A stretch of 62,642 nt of DNA, filler included, from Stramenopiles sp. TOSAG23-2 (Eukaryota): NCBI GenBank assembly GCA_900128395.1. It is 11 parts of 11 records of this genome, joined end to end, with 100 filler letters (N's around TTAATTAATTAA, not from the genome) between each part and the next. Parts side by side here need not be neighbours in the genome. Positions count along the whole stretch, not along the records: positions 32,349 to 40,315 come from LT650254.1; positions 40,416 to 48,376 come from LT650255.1; 9 more parts are not named here. The stretch is one strand, 5' to 3'. Shown piece after piece: positions 34,045 to 47,200 of this stretch (its first letter is position 1; every line of letters begins with the position of its first letter). Below the pieces are notes generated by a model, which had not been told where the DNA came from, did no database searches, and saw only the letters and a list, made by a program, of their open reading frames with translations. The translations under genes were made by a program, and so were the position numbers.

Positions 34045-34803
34045 ATGAAAAATATATATATAATTTTTTTAATACATGTAATATTAATTATTGGAATCAT
34101 ATTTAAAGCAACTGCGGAAAGTCCAGCAACATTAGAAAATGTAAACGCAGGTAATAGTGAAGAAGAAGAACAAGCATTATCTCAAGAAGATAAAGATGCA
34201 GAAGAATTATGGAAAAAAGTAACAGAAGATTATGGTGATTTAAGTGAAGATGAATATGATGCACTGAAAAAGGATAAGTTGAAAAAAATTGATGCTTTGA
34301 AAGCTGCCGGTGGAGACGATAAGCATGTGGAGGAGTTATTACAATTAGTGGAAGAATCAGATAGGCTTCGAGAGGAATATGCATCAGAATCAGCTGGTGC
34401 AGGTGATTTAATGAAAGAAATCAATGAATTATTAAATGGAGATACAGCAAATATATTCGATGACATGTTAGTACAACAAGTAGATGATGTATTAAATGAT
34501 AATGATGATTTAAAAGATTTAAAAGATTTAATGAAAGATACTGGCGCAGCTACCTTAGTTGATATTACACCTGGTAATAATAATGATAAAAAAACAAATA
34601 ATAATAATGATGAAACAACAACAACCACGGACGGAGAAGAAAATCCAACAGATCCAAGTATAGCAGATTTAATGGCAGAAGTAAAAAATTTAATGGCAGA
34701 TTTTGAAGTAGATGGAAGTGTACAAGCATTAAAAGATGCAATGATGGCGGCATATACAGAAGAAGGTGGTGAAAGTGCACATCAACAAAATGATGAATTG
34801 TAA
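34045..34803 (+). CDS. Acidic ER-lumen protein of unknown function (signal peptide + C-terminal NDEL)
   Basis: Hydrophobic N-terminus ending ATA-E, a very D/E-rich helical body, and a terminal xDEL retention-like signal. Confidence 0.78.
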   Translation: MKNIYIIFLIHVILIIGIIFKATAESPATLENVNAGNSEEEEQALSQEDKDAEELWKKVTEDYGDLSEDEYDALKKDKLKKIDALKAAGGDDKHVEELLQLVEESDRLREEYASESAGAGDLMKEINELLNGDTANIFDDMLVQQVDDVLNDNDDLKDLKDLMKDTGAATLVDITPGNNNDKKTNNNNDETTTTTDGEENPTDPSIADLMAEVKNLMADFEVDGSVQALKDAMMAAYTEEGGESAHQQNDEL

Positions 34804-35354
34804 AGTATCATACATAATTTGTTACTATAATCATCATCATTGCAAAAAAGAATTGTATATATTATTGTTCGCGCACCATAATAATAAATAACAAAACATA
34901 TATAATATATACATATGGTGGTATTCGATTAAACACACGATATATATATAATTCTAGATAAAGATTGCAATTGGTATACAACAAGAGCAACAAGAGCAAA
35001 ATCTCCTGTTACGATTGCTTTACTGAGAACATATATTTGTACATCATATATATAAGAACGAGAGACGATGATATTAAAACATATTCTTCTATATTTGTTT
35101 TTATTATAAATATCAATTTTTTTTCTCGATAGTTTCAGCACATTTTTACGTTTACAATTCAATTGATATAAAAACTAATATACATCATCTTTATAAAGAG
35201 ATTAAACGTAAAAAAAAATACTTTTTCACAAGAAAAATAAACCAAGAAATAATAATATCTTTAAACACAAAAACAATCTCATTTTAATTTCTATTAATCA
35301 TATTCAAAATTATCAAGCCTATATTTATTTTTTTTTAACTCTCAGTGAAACCAT

Positions 35355-37181
35355 ATGCATCGTTTCCAATACCAATATCGATACATCATTAGTATCTTTG
35401 CAATAACTATAATTATTGTCAAATCATCCACTGCAAATAGAAATGTCGACCATACAATAAAACCAGGTATATGGACTTGGGCTTGTGGCGGCGCTGCGTA
35501 CCATGGAACGCACCATCCAGGGTATTATGAACATATATGCCAAGAAGAAGTTCACGTTTCGCCCACACCAGAACTTCGTGGTGCTTTGCAAGTATACAAT
35601 TGGGCAGTATTAGAACCAGAAGATGGAAAGTTTGATTGGTATTGGTTAGATAAAAACTTAACAGCGATGGCAAATGCAAAAGTACAAGCAAATCCAATTA
35701 TATTTATTCATAAAGGACAAAAGATCAATGGTGCTGTTACTACTCCTAAATGGTTATTTCAAGTTTCCCCTGGTATTAAATATACGCATACGCCTAAGAA
35801 AAGGCCTGTCTTTGAAGCACCAAATTACTTAGACCCAGTATTTCAAGATAAATTTTCAAAATTAATTTATGCATTTGCAAATCATTTGAACGAATTGCCA
35901 GATTATGTAAAAGAAAATATTTGGGGTGTCCAGGCAGCATTGGGTATTACAGGTGATTCGCGGCCATGGAAAGGATCTCCGGTGAATAAAAGTCAAGATA
36001 TATCATCATCACAGTGGCAACAATATTCTAGGACAATGCTTGAAGTATTTGTCGATGCATTTGTATCAACTGGAATACCGATTGTAGCTAATGTTGATAA
36101 CCCAATGGTTGGTTCAGAGAGTGAAACTCAAAACATGTGGTTTCTTGATATGGCGGAGAAAAAAGGTATGAAAGGGCCAGGTCTTAAACAAGGTGTACCT
36201 ACGCATGGATACAATTTAAATGGAGAAAAATTCTTGTATGAACTTGAAGCAGTTCCATTATTATTGACCCCACGTTCAGATGGGACATATGCTCGTGCTC
36301 GAGGAGAATTAGCTCTTGAACCTGATCCGGGTGTTCCAGGTGAATATGGAAATTGGGAAGAAAGTCCATGGTGGTCTTTGCAAGCAAATGCAGAATGGAT
36401 TCTTACATATGGAATTTCGGCATGGAATTTATATGCTGGATTTTTATCAAATGAAACTTTTCGTGAAACATTACAATTTGTAAATCGACATGCTGGATAT
36501 ATGAATGCAAGTGCTTCCCCTGCAGCATTTATATCTTTCCGTGATTCATTGAATACTGAAAATGTAGAAAGATGGCCGGAAGCAAAATATGGCAAAGTTT
36601 CTGATCTACCTTGGTCAAATAGTACTAAACCGCCAGATTGCAAGGCAAATACAAAACGAATGCAATTAATTGCAGATGATTTTAAATCATTTGGTGCAAA
36701 ATTAGAAAATGCAAAGGAAGCATCTGACCCTCGAAGTATTATGCAAAAGAAAGGTATGTATTTAAATGATGTATGTTGGAACTGTTGGGAAGGTAATTAT
36801 TTTAGATACATTCAACAAATAGATCCGATCAAAACATCGGTTGGTTGGTGGAGAGTTGGACCAAAACATCAAGGTTATGGTCGATTTGCACGAGGGTTAC
36901 ATCATGCAACTGGACGGAAAGTAATAACATTAAAATTAGATGAAAACTTTAATGAAATGAATGCAGTTGCGACAATTGTATATTATAATAATGGTAAAGG
37001 TAGTTTTGCCATCGCATATAATGGAAAAACCAAAGAGACGATCACAAAAACATCAACAGATGCCTGGTTAACAACAAAAAATATTTCACTTGGTACAGTT
37101 TCAGGCAATGGAGAAATTACATTGTTTTCACCAGATCAAGAGGATTGCATATTTTCCTTATTGGAAGTTTTAGAAAGGTGA
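35355..37181 (+). CDS. Secreted glycoside hydrolase-like protein (GH-A clan TIM barrel, GH42/GH35-like N-terminus) with a C-terminal beta-sandwich
   Basis: Signal peptide; YNWAVLEPEDGKFDWYWLD, TPKWL and PNYLDPVF are typical beta-galactosidase-like motifs. The exact family cannot be assigned by eye. Confidence 0.7.
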   Translation: MHRFQYQYRYIISIFAITIIIVKSSTANRNVDHTIKPGIWTWACGGAAYHGTHHPGYYEHICQEEVHVSPTPELRGALQVYNWAVLEPEDGKFDWYWLDKNLTAMANAKVQANPIIFIHKGQKINGAVTTPKWLFQVSPGIKYTHTPKKRPVFEAPNYLDPVFQDKFSKLIYAFANHLNELPDYVKENIWGVQAALGITGDSRPWKGSPVNKSQDISSSQWQQYSRTMLEVFVDAFVSTGIPIVANVDNPMVGSESETQNMWFLDMAEKKGMKGPGLKQGVPTHGYNLNGEKFLYELEAVPLLLTPRSDGTYARARGELALEPDPGVPGEYGNWEESPWWSLQANAEWILTYGISAWNLYAGFLSNETFRETLQFVNRHAGYMNASASPAAFISFRDSLNTENVERWPEAKYGKVSDLPWSNSTKPPDCKANTKRMQLIADDFKSFGAKLENAKEASDPRSIMQKKGMYLNDVCWNCWEGNYFRYIQQIDPIKTSVGWWRVGPKHQGYGRFARGLHHATGRKVITLKLDENFNEMNAVATIVYYNNGKGSFAIAYNGKTKETITKTSTDAWLTTKNISLGTVSGNGEITLFSPDQEDCIFSLLEVLER

Positions 37182-37408
37182 TGAGATAAATGAGAGATGC
37201 ATTACATGTGTATAATTAAAATGACAAATAACCCCCAATATTTCAGTAGTTTATATGTAAATGATAAAATTTTATTTTTATAAAAACTTTCTATATTTTA
37301 TATATACACACAAACAAGTGTTTTTGTAAAACTTTTTCTCGTAAAAAAATATGAATCCGATATAATTTTTTTTTACATTTTTCATTTTGTATAAAATTTT
37401 ACACGTAA

Positions 37409-39190
37409 TTATTTTCCCTTCTTCTTGCCTTTCACCCAACAGCCTGTATCATAATCCAAATGATGATCAGGTTCTTGTAAGTTTCTTGATCGATACGTAC
37501 GGCTTAATACACTTGCACCATCAACTGGACACCATGTTTTCAATCCTTCTAAATAACATTCTTCTAATGGAAATATTTCATTACGTGGTATATTTACATA
37601 TTCATATTCTACATCTAAAAAATTTACACTTTGTATTGTTTCTGCAAAGTCTTTTCCTTTCGTTGCAGAATAATTACCAGCATACATTGCCCAAATATCA
37701 ACATGCCAATTTGTTGCACGATGTATCAAACGTGAATGTGGTGCAACGTAATCAGATACACCACTAAATCCATCTGCTAACGAACTAGTCTTTACTTGCC
37801 TACCATTTCTATTATAATATCGTCTTCCACCCCAATTCCCATCATCAAATTCATTAAATTTACATCTCCAATCTGGTTGTACAGTCAATCGAAATGGATT
37901 ATTTGGACGATTATTATATTCATCCATAAATTGTTCAATTTTTTCAGTATCATGTGCCCAAATTAAATAATCAAAATCAGTATCCCATTGCATAAGTATA
38001 TTACCACGAAAACGGGATGATATTAATGAACCAAAACAATTAAATGTACACATATTTAATTCACCTTCCCCGGATGTAAGTTGTAACCATTCCTTCAATA
38101 CAATTTTTAATGTTTTATCTATCTCTTGTCTTGCTGTTGAACATTTACTATAATGACATTTATTTTGACATTTATTACCCCATTTCTTTAAATCATCTTT
38201 TGTAATATTTGCATATGGACTTATTAATCCTGATGTATAACTTGATGTTTTTCGATTTACATCATTACTATTCCAAAAATTACTCTTTGTCTTATATATT
38301 GTTGATTTATCATTTACTTTATCAGGTCGACATGTTGGATTTTTTTCAATTTTATCAAATGAATGTGGTGGTAATGATGATGATGATGGTGATGACGATG
38401 AGTTGAATTTTGTTGGGTTTGCGGTTGGTTTTGAGTTGGGTATTGGGTAGGTGATTGTTGTTTTCGTTATTATATTTGTGTTGTTTTCAGTATTATTGTT
38501 ATTTTTCATGTTTATTATGTTCTTCACAACATTCTTTTTTTTGGATGTTGTGGAATTCGATGGGGACGATGGTAATGTGGTTGTGGTGGTTGTTGTTGTT
38601 CTTTTCGTTATTATCTTTGTGTTGTTTTCATTATTTTTATTGTTTTTCATATTGATTGATTTTTTCACCGCATTCTTTTTTTTTGATGGAGAAGATGATG
38701 GTGATTTTGTTGTTTTCATGGTAGCATTTTCCAATGTTATATTAGGAATTTTTTCCTTGGGCCTTTTCAAATTCTTCTCAATAACGAATTTATGTTTCTT
38801 TGCTTTTTGTTGTTGCAACGTATTAGTAGTATTATCACTTTCATAATCTATTTTACCTTCTTTAACCTTGTTTTTATTATTATTATTATTATTATTAATA
38901 TCATTTTGATTAAACCTTTTTTCAAAAACCTGTGTCACAGCTTGGACGCTTTTACTCTCATCAATTTCTTTCATCCCTTCTTTTATGCCGTCGTCTACGA
39001 ATGCATATGGATTAAGTTTATTATTATTATTCGACACTGCATCAGGAACTATGATATTCCTTCTTAACGATGTCATTTTCATTCTAGTTGGTTTGGTTGA
39101 TATCTGAAATAGCTCAAAATAATAAGATCCAAATGCTAGCAATGCACATAAAAGTAACATATATTTTAATAGATTAACAAATCGATTCAT
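37409..39190 (-). CDS. LicD/fukutin-related phosphotransferase, type II membrane protein with a long low-complexity stem
   Basis: N-terminal TM anchor; FGSLISSRFRGNILMQWDTDFD (GxLxG..R....PWDxDxD variant), HVDIW, IFPL....EG....P. Confidence 0.82.
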   Translation of the reverse strand: MNRFVNLLKYMLLLCALLAFGSYYFELFQISTKPTRMKMTSLRRNIIVPDAVSNNNNKLNPYAFVDDGIKEGMKEIDESKSVQAVTQVFEKRFNQNDINNNNNNNKNKVKEGKIDYESDNTTNTLQQQKAKKHKFVIEKNLKRPKEKIPNITLENATMKTTKSPSSSPSKKKNAVKKSINMKNNKNNENNTKIITKRTTTTTTTTLPSSPSNSTTSKKKNVVKNIINMKNNNNTENNTNIITKTTITYPIPNSKPTANPTKFNSSSSPSSSSLPPHSFDKIEKNPTCRPDKVNDKSTIYKTKSNFWNSNDVNRKTSSYTSGLISPYANITKDDLKKWGNKCQNKCHYSKCSTARQEIDKTLKIVLKEWLQLTSGEGELNMCTFNCFGSLISSRFRGNILMQWDTDFDYLIWAHDTEKIEQFMDEYNNRPNNPFRLTVQPDWRCKFNEFDDGNWGGRRYYNRNGRQVKTSSLADGFSGVSDYVAPHSRLIHRATNWHVDIWAMYAGNYSATKGKDFAETIQSVNFLDVEYEYVNIPRNEIFPLEECYLEGLKTWCPVDGASVLSRTYRSRNLQEPDHHLDYDTGCWVKGKKKGK

Positions 39191-39516
39191 ATTATTATTT
39201 ATGTTTTTTTATCGTGTTTCTTTTCACATATAATATGAAGATATGGCAGTAATAACGAAGTATTCACTGTATATATCTACCAAAAAAATTAAAACAAAAA
39301 TTTTCCGTTCTATCTCCGTATGTGGCAATGTGATGATGAATATATACATATATATATATATATATTCACTCTAATTCATTCGGTTATTTGTATTCTAATT
39401 GATAGGAGAGGGGGTATAAAGTATAAAATATTATTTTTTTACGACGAGAATTTGATGGAAAAAAAAAAAATGATTTAGTATTAATTTAAGTACTAATTTA
39501 GTATACTAATATATGC

Positions 39517-39628
39517 ATATTTGATAGAGAGATATTACCAAAAATCGGATATTCTTAATATATTCATCAAAATAAGTATTGGCTATTTTTGGATTTTTTG
39601 CAATATCCAGTACCTCTCTATCAAATAT
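39517..39628. mobile_element. MITE-like element A, 15-bp perfect terminal inverted repeat extended by an imperfect inner arm
   Basis: ATATTTGATAGAGAG (39517-39531) / CTCTCTATCAAATAT (39614-39628). Inner GATATTACCAAAAATC pairs imperfectly with GATTTTTTGCAATATC. Confidence 0.45.
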
Positions 39629-39635
39629 ATATTTC

Positions 39636-39834
39636 TATACACGAGGAAAAATTTCTGAAGAAGAAAATAATCGTGAAATCGTGTTCATACTTTTTTTAAA
39701 AAATATACTAAGTACATATATTGGTATACTATAGTGCAATCAAATCAAACAGGAATATTAGTATACGAATTTATATACTTAATATATATTTAGAAAAGTA
39801 AGAACGAATTTCAGAAATTTTTCCTTGGTGTGTA
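39636..39834. mobile_element. MITE-like element B, 16-bp perfect inverted repeat with TACAC...GTGTA ends
   Basis: AGGAAAAATTTCTGAA (39644-39659) / TTCAGAAATTTTTCCT (39810-39825), flanked outward by TATACACG and TGGTGTGTA. Confidence 0.45.
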
Positions 39835-40119
39835 AGAATTAATGTAAGAAGGAATGTGTCAATTGTAGAGAGAAATCAGAAGGGTCTCGATATACTCTGT
39901 ATGTGTTTAAAAATTATGAAGAAGCGTAAAATAAATATATACACTAAAACACCGTTGTCTCGTACTACAGTATAATGAATATCTTTTTTTACTTTTTTAA
40001 TATAGAAGAGCTTCTTTTTAAATAATTTATTACGACGTATTACGACGCGTACAAAGCACGACCATAAATACTAATAAAACAACCCTTTCTCCTGTTGCAA
40101 ACACTATGAAATCTAACTC

Positions 40120-40315
40120 TTATGACAAGTCTTCAAGTGTTTCAGTTGCATCTGCATGTCCTTGTTCTGCTGCTTTTGTATACCATTCAACAGCTTTTGC
40201 TTTATCCATTGTAACGCCATCACCATTTTGATACATTACGCCAAGATTATATTGACCTCGTGCATGTCCTTGTTCTGCTGCTTTTGTATACCATTCAACT
40301 GCCTTTTTGTAATCC
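40120..40315 (-). CDS. Sel1-like repeat protein, C-terminal fragment (missing from the ORF track)
   Basis: Minus strand reads DYKKAVEWYTKAAEQGHARGQYNLGVMYQNGDGVTMDKAKAVEWYTKAAEQGHADATETLEDLS*. Confidence 0.9.
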
Positions 40316-40415
40316 NNNNNNNNNNNNNNNNNNNNNNNNNNNNNNNNNNNNNNNNNNNNTTAATTAATTAANNNNNNNNNNNNNNNNNNNNNNNNNNNNN
40401 NNNNNNNNNNNNNNN

Positions 40416-40633
40416 CACAAAAAGAAAGGTTGAAGAGAAGATTAAACAATATTAAAGGCAGATTAGAAAACAAAAAAAGGAGAAAAAGTGAAATTAAAGT
40501 CAGATTTGAAAGAAGACTAGGTGGGATTAGTGAGAGGATAAAGCACTTGAAAAAGCAAAAGGAAATTTTCGAGGAAAAAATTCATAACCTTAACGAAGCA
40601 CGGAATCATAGTGCGAGTGCGACGAGGCCATAA
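40416..40633 (+). CDS. Basic coiled-coil C-terminal fragment, 5' partial
   Basis: Open frame near the contig start ending at TAA 40633, with a heptad-like K/E/L pattern. Confidence 0.4.
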
Positions 40634-41220
40634 AAGTACGGGAGTAAAAAGAAATTTATATAATTATACACATTCGTATGAGTAAGAGAATAATATCTAT
40701 CTGATCTATCTTATCTATCTATCTATTATATATTATATATATATATATAATATATAATACGTACGTATTTTATATACGCTCGTATATATTATTATTTCTA
40801 CTCTTTACTCAAATATATTTTTATGATATATAAATTTCTTTTACGCCCGGAAGTATACATCTCAAATCAAAAATGATTTAAATGCTCATTTATTATAAAA
40901 ATATATGATATCTCACACGAATGTGTTTAATATTCTCATATAAAAGAGAATACCAATAAAAGTATCAATATCATTATATTACAAATTTAAGTCATCTATC
41001 TCACATTACCTGCTGGAAACATGTCAAATATACGAGTAAATACATACAAACAAAATGTATATATCATACGAACGCTTCGTATACGTTTGGAGAGTAGGAA
41101 TTATCATGAGTAAATTAAAAAATACAAGTACAAATTCGTAAATAAAGTGATAATGATATTATCATACGAAGTATGCATATTTGATTTTTCTGGTATATAT
41201 ATATTAATATAAAATAAGAG

Positions 41221-41226
<6 letters not shown>

Positions 41227-41266
<40 letters not shown>
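41227..41266. repeat. (TA)n microsatellite
   Basis: About 20 TA units immediately 3' of the 2269-aa gene. Confidence 0.95.
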
Positions 41267-41268
<2 letters not shown>

Positions 41269-41269
<1 letters not shown>

Positions 41270-44200
41270 TAATTGCTATCCTTTTGCTCATCATCTGGAA
41301 CATGCTCTGCTTCCACAACGACAGATTTTGCTAATAAAGCTTGAAGATCTTCATTCTGTTTCAAATCATCGTGACAATAATCTATTGCCGATCCCTTATT
41401 TGCTACAGCTGCTTTAGCAATATCCATATCTTTTTTTAAATCATCGTGGCAGAGATCTAAAAGATCTCCATCATGCTCGACATGAAGCATCATTAAAGGC
41501 TTACACCTTATTAGTTCCTCAAAACTGTAGAAGGTCTTCAATTGCGAATTTTTAGTTTGAAGTCCAGTTTTTTTGGCTGTAATTTTTGGCTTAATGGCAT
41601 TCGTATAAAAGTCAAGCAACTTTTTGATACAAAAGGCCTCCATTGATGTTTGCATTTCGGTCTCCAACGAGACTGAATGATCTACATAATTCCAGCGATA
41701 GAGTGGTTTTCCCAGAGTTATTTTTCGAATCTTCCTCATTTTTTTTTCAAGCGCTTCCTTTAATACTTTTTTAATCTCTTCCATGGGGTCATCATACTTT
41801 TGTGGCTTGTTCTTCTTATAAGTATCATAATTAAACTCTTTTACTATGTAGTAAAATTTAAGCCTTTCTTCATTTGCATCCAACTCATTGTTGTTGGTCT
41901 CGTATAATTTTTTTTGTTCAGCATGAAGCTGGACAAGAACTTCCTGTATAACCTCGCATCTACGAAGCATATTCAAGATATTCATCAGTCCAAAATATAA
42001 CAATCCAAACATTTTTGTTAGTACAAATTCTGATACGGTTTTCTGATGGAACTTCACTTCTTTGTCACTACATTTAGATTTCCCTGTTAAAAAATCTTCA
42101 CTCCCCTTTATGGATTGCCATCTAAGAATGTTTTTTTCTATCCATGTTGGCTTTGTAAAACTTTCCATTGTTTTGTCTGGATAATATAAAAAATTCCAAG
42201 CAACACAGCCAACGTTTTTATGAAACTGACCAAGATCTGTTGACTTTTGTTTCCATCCTTTGAAACAAAACTTCAAATGCTCCTTCACTTCTTTGACATT
42301 CAAAGTATCTTCATCTTTTTCAGGTATCGCTACTGTTGGTAAAGCATAAGGTGGTAGGTTTGCATTCATTCGATCGTCGAGGCAACTCATATGCAAATTA
42401 TTAACCCCATTGGCAATTAAAACATTACGATGCTCTATAGCATGTTCCTCCATACAAGATGTAATACGTTTAATTTTCTGTCTCAAATATTCAAAACCAT
42501 ATTCGGTATTTACTAATTTGACTACCGTATCACGAAAATCTAGCTCACGAGCTAGCAACCCCAGCTTCTTATGAAGCCCACAAATTAACTTTGGAAATAG
42601 ATCTCCAATCCACTTAGTCTGATCGAAGGCAGCGATACGTTCATAAAGTTTTTGTTGGTTCTCGCAAGGTTCAACAAATATTACATTAATACTTTCAGAA
42701 TCATTATTTCTCTCTTCCGCGAAATATGCATTACTTTCAAAGTCGAGGAAATTTATTTGTTCATGTTGTACTACTACCCTTGTTTGATCTTCTAAATGTG
42801 ATATCTCTTCAATTTTATTTTTCCATTCCTTACACCATGTGTATACTTCCTTATATGCTAATATTGTTGCATTCACATTTAAATCCAAATTGAAGATAAA
42901 ACACTTGTATGTATGTATATCTTCTTTGCGAGGCCAGTATACTTTCATAGGATCGTGTTCCCAAAATTCTTTTAATTTTTCTTCGTCCCAAGGACCATCT
43001 TCTAACAATCCTTCTTTCATTTCAGAGAAAACGCTGGAGATATATCCACTAAATCCCGCAAAGTCACGGACCGCTTTGATTGCCTTTGCGACAGATTTAG
43101 ATCCTACAACTGAATCTTTCATTTGTTTATAAAACACGTACTTCATTACCTGTCTCAACAACATTTCTAATCGATGAATAGATAAGAAATTTGCAGCGTA
43201 CTCTGCTATGAAAGATGTACTACAACCGTCTGGCCTTTCGCTACCTGGAACGTCATACATATCGATTTTGTTTAAAATCGTGACCTGCGCTGCATGCGGA
43301 GAAGCAAAAGAGAAGGTTTTGCCGTTACTACTAACGAAACCATTACGATTAGCTGTTGTGCCTTGTTGGGTCGGCGTGGTAACATAAAGGTCGACAGGAA
43401 GGCTTTTTGTATAATTTACCCATCGGTCCAAAATATGATTATTTTCCTCTTTATCAAAGTTTTTGTAAACATTATCCCCTTCTCCAACAAAATCCAATAA
43501 TGATATATCCTGGTCCAAACCAATAAAGGCAGCATAAGCTTTCGAAACATTTACAGTCACTTCTACAAGATATTTCAAAACTTCAGCACTGTTATTTGCA
43601 TTTTGTCTGGCATCTCTGGCACTATTGTAGAGGCTTTTTAATTTTTCTTTTGCATCAGAAATACTGTATTTTTTTGCTTTCGATTCCCCACCCTCTCCAC
43701 ATAGCTCAATATGTTGAATATGAACCGATTTAAAAATATCGTCGTCAACATCCTTATTATCTACAATTTTGATATTAATTTTCGTCAGTGAAGCTGTTGT
43801 TGCTTTTGATCCCGTAGGGAAGAGATTGTAAATGCCAGTAAGTATGCCTATTAAAGTCGTCTTACCGCTGCTAACGACACCTCGGATCATTACTACCCTT
43901 TCCACAATGTTGGACAGTGAATGAAACACTTGGTTTACATACATCTTTGACAGTTTAGATGCACAAGTTGAGTCCCTTATACTTTGGCAAAACTGGGTTT
44001 TTAAACAGGTTTCAATAACTTTTTGATCACTTAAGTGATGATTACCTGGATGGTATAAGAAGAATTTTGAAGTATTTTGTTGTTGTTCCAATTCTTCGGC
44101 CTGCGCAATAGGAACTGCTTGTGCAGTTGGTAGCATTATAGTTCTTTGCAGTGTCAATAAATTGTCTAAACCACATTGAAAGATATATGGTATACATACT

Positions 44201-47200
44201 AATGCAGCTGAAATATTAAAAACGGTAAAATTGCCTGCCTCTAATATATCACCAGCAAAAAAATGCAGTATATCTCTTAAAATCAGCCTTGTTGCAACAT
44301 CTGCTCCACTCTTGATATCATTTTCATAGTCATTTTTGTATAAATGCATGCAAAAATGATTCATTACCCAAGCTTTCCTGTACAACAAGTAAAGGGCAAC
44401 GAATGGCATTTGAAACGGTAGTTCTTCGACTTCTAATGCTGTTGCATCTTCCACTTTGCCCATTTTTCTGAGCTTGTCAGCCTTGTTTCTTGATTCTGGT
44501 CTTTCCACGCAAAATAATTTTATCACCTTATCCTTTAAGAACATTTGAAAATCTGCTGAACTTTTTAGAATTTTTTTCTTGATATCTTTGCTAATACTTG
44601 CATTAACATTATTGCCAAAGCAGTGTCTATCGTTAAAATCTATATATCCAATGGTTTTCTCTAACTGAAATTTATATCTTTTCAACGTTTCATTTAAAAT
44701 GGAAGCAACTAACTCTTTTATCGATGATGTATTATCATACGAACTTTTCAATTTTTGTACAACTTGGTTAATTGCATCTCCTAACTCGACTCTTTGCGAA
44801 AATACAGGTTGTTCCATTTTATTGATAATCGACCATTCAAATATCCATCCCTCGATCACTTCATTTGTAAATGAAAAACCTGTTGCTGGTGTATTTATAT
44901 CTGTTGATTCCAAAAGACTGCATACATAAATATACGTAGCCTTAATAAGAAATGCCGGTATAACTACTTTTGCATGCTGGTCTCTACACTGTCGTATTTG
45001 GCAAAACATTTTCTCCTCACCTAAACCAGTGGTATATTTAAGATTAAAATTTAATTGTTCCCCATCCTCTAACATATCCAACAGTAGATTTTTATCAAGA
45101 AGGCCAATTGTTATTGTAAAAGAATTTGGAAGTCCCTCAAATAATTTTAAAATGTCGATAATTTGACGACATTCATAAAGTGGAACAAGTATCTTTTCAA
45201 AGACGCCTTTGATCCCATTTTCATTCATTTTTTCCAAAACAGTACGTGAACTCTCGAACTGTGTTAACATTTCATTAATCAATAACTTTATAATTGACTT
45301 CCATGATGTATTTCCATCGAGTCCAACACTGCTCACCAAATCGTCAATATTAAATTCCACGCCTTCGCAAACCATATAACACACTTTTAAGCATTGCATT
45401 AAGGAAGAGTCAGATTCCACATTCAAATTTTTTGTTGCCTCGCTTAATACTTCAATAAAACTTCTATTCGTAGAATTGCGAATTATGGAGCGAATGTCAT
45501 CAAGGATAGTACATAATACATTTAACCTAATTTCCCATTCCGAAATATTCAGATCTGGTCGATCTTGAAAGTTTATTTTGCCTAAATTTAAGAAATTTTT
45601 TAACAAGGTCAAACCTTCAATGATATAATTCTTGTCTATCGTGATACCTGCAACCCAAGAGCGAATCATCGTTACGATAGAATCTAAAGATGGAAGACCC
45701 TTTGGAATTTTATCTGGTTTCTTCTTATACCTCAATATGTATTTTACATATTCTGTTATGATTTGACTTGAACCAGCAGCAGAAATCTCCACATTTTCGC
45801 AATCTGAAAGAGGTATTGTATTAATGTTTGGGCACGACAAAGAACCATTAACGTTCGAAGGTGATACACCATTAATCGACTCGGAAAATTGTATCGCGTT
45901 AAGGCGAGCAACAACCTGTTCTTCCTCGAGCAACGCATCATGAAGTGATTGTGATGTCGTCCCATCTGCTGCATTTCCAACATCCTCAAATATTGCGCCA
46001 GTTTTTGCGCCAGTTTCTGCGCCAGTTTCTGCGCCAGTTTCTGCGCCAGTTTCTGCGCCACTGGAAAAGAGCTTGCTATATTTACTACAAACACGTAATA
46101 GCTGTTTCATGTTCTTGCAATTCCACCATAATTCCACCAAGGGCAATGCACTGCAAATTAATATCGTAATATATGACAGAATACCATGTACTCGGATTTT
46201 TTCATCAGAATTTACAATACATACTATTTCTATCCCGATATACATATAAAGGGACGCAATGCTGCGGCTTAAGATATCCAATTCAGATAACACAAACTTT
46301 TCAATGCACATTGCTAATGTCAGCAATAGCACACACCACCGCCAATATATAATATTTTCATAAAATACCAGTGGGTATGAATAAAATATGAAGCTAGAAA
46401 AGAAAACCCATGGTTGTGAGAGTGTCGATGAAATCCGAATTTCATCATTTCCAACTTTCGTAGTAAAAGACACCTGTCTTTGCAATCGATTTTGTAATGA
46501 ATTCTTTGCCCATTCCTCTGTCTCCGTCATCGCTTTATTTATTTCAGATACAACAGCAGGTACTGCAATAATCATACTTATATAGTCACCCTGGCTTGCT
46601 GCTGCAAATCCAAACATCAAAATACAACTCAACACACTTGGAAAACTTTTTTCGAACAACACCACAGATGCCTCTTCCAATACCGAAAAAACAGTACGGT
46701 TAGACTTCCAACCGAACAAATCTTTTACAAAGTCGATGACGTCATAACACCAATTTCCAACTATACTTGTAAATTTTTTTATGTATCCAAATACATATGC
46801 TGCTACAAGCGAAATATATAACATCATGCTGAAACAAAACTTTTCATACAAAGTTAAAATGAGTACATCATATGAAGATATACATATCATAAAACAGGCT
46901 GCGGTAAACAACAATAGCGATAATAACGAAATCACCACAGCTATTCTTACAGTGCCATCTTGATTGTTATCGGTACCACCTTTTAATCCGACACTTAATA
47001 TTAACGTTGATCCTATTTGAATGTTATAATCTTCTAGACTTTGTCCATTTTCCAAGCATTTTCCAGCATATGTAATAATCTGTTCAGTTGCTGAAATTCC
47101 CACTTCCTCTTCGATCACTTTTTTCACGTTTTCAACAAAATCAGTAATACCAACTTTAATTGTTATCGTCTTACAATTTAATGTTTCAACGAAAATGTCG

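Noticed and set aside
40154-40300. Another assembly-type tandem duplication, or the plus-strand 71-aa ORF
   Set aside because: The 108-bp periodicity is the 36-aa Sel1 repeat encoded on the minus strand.
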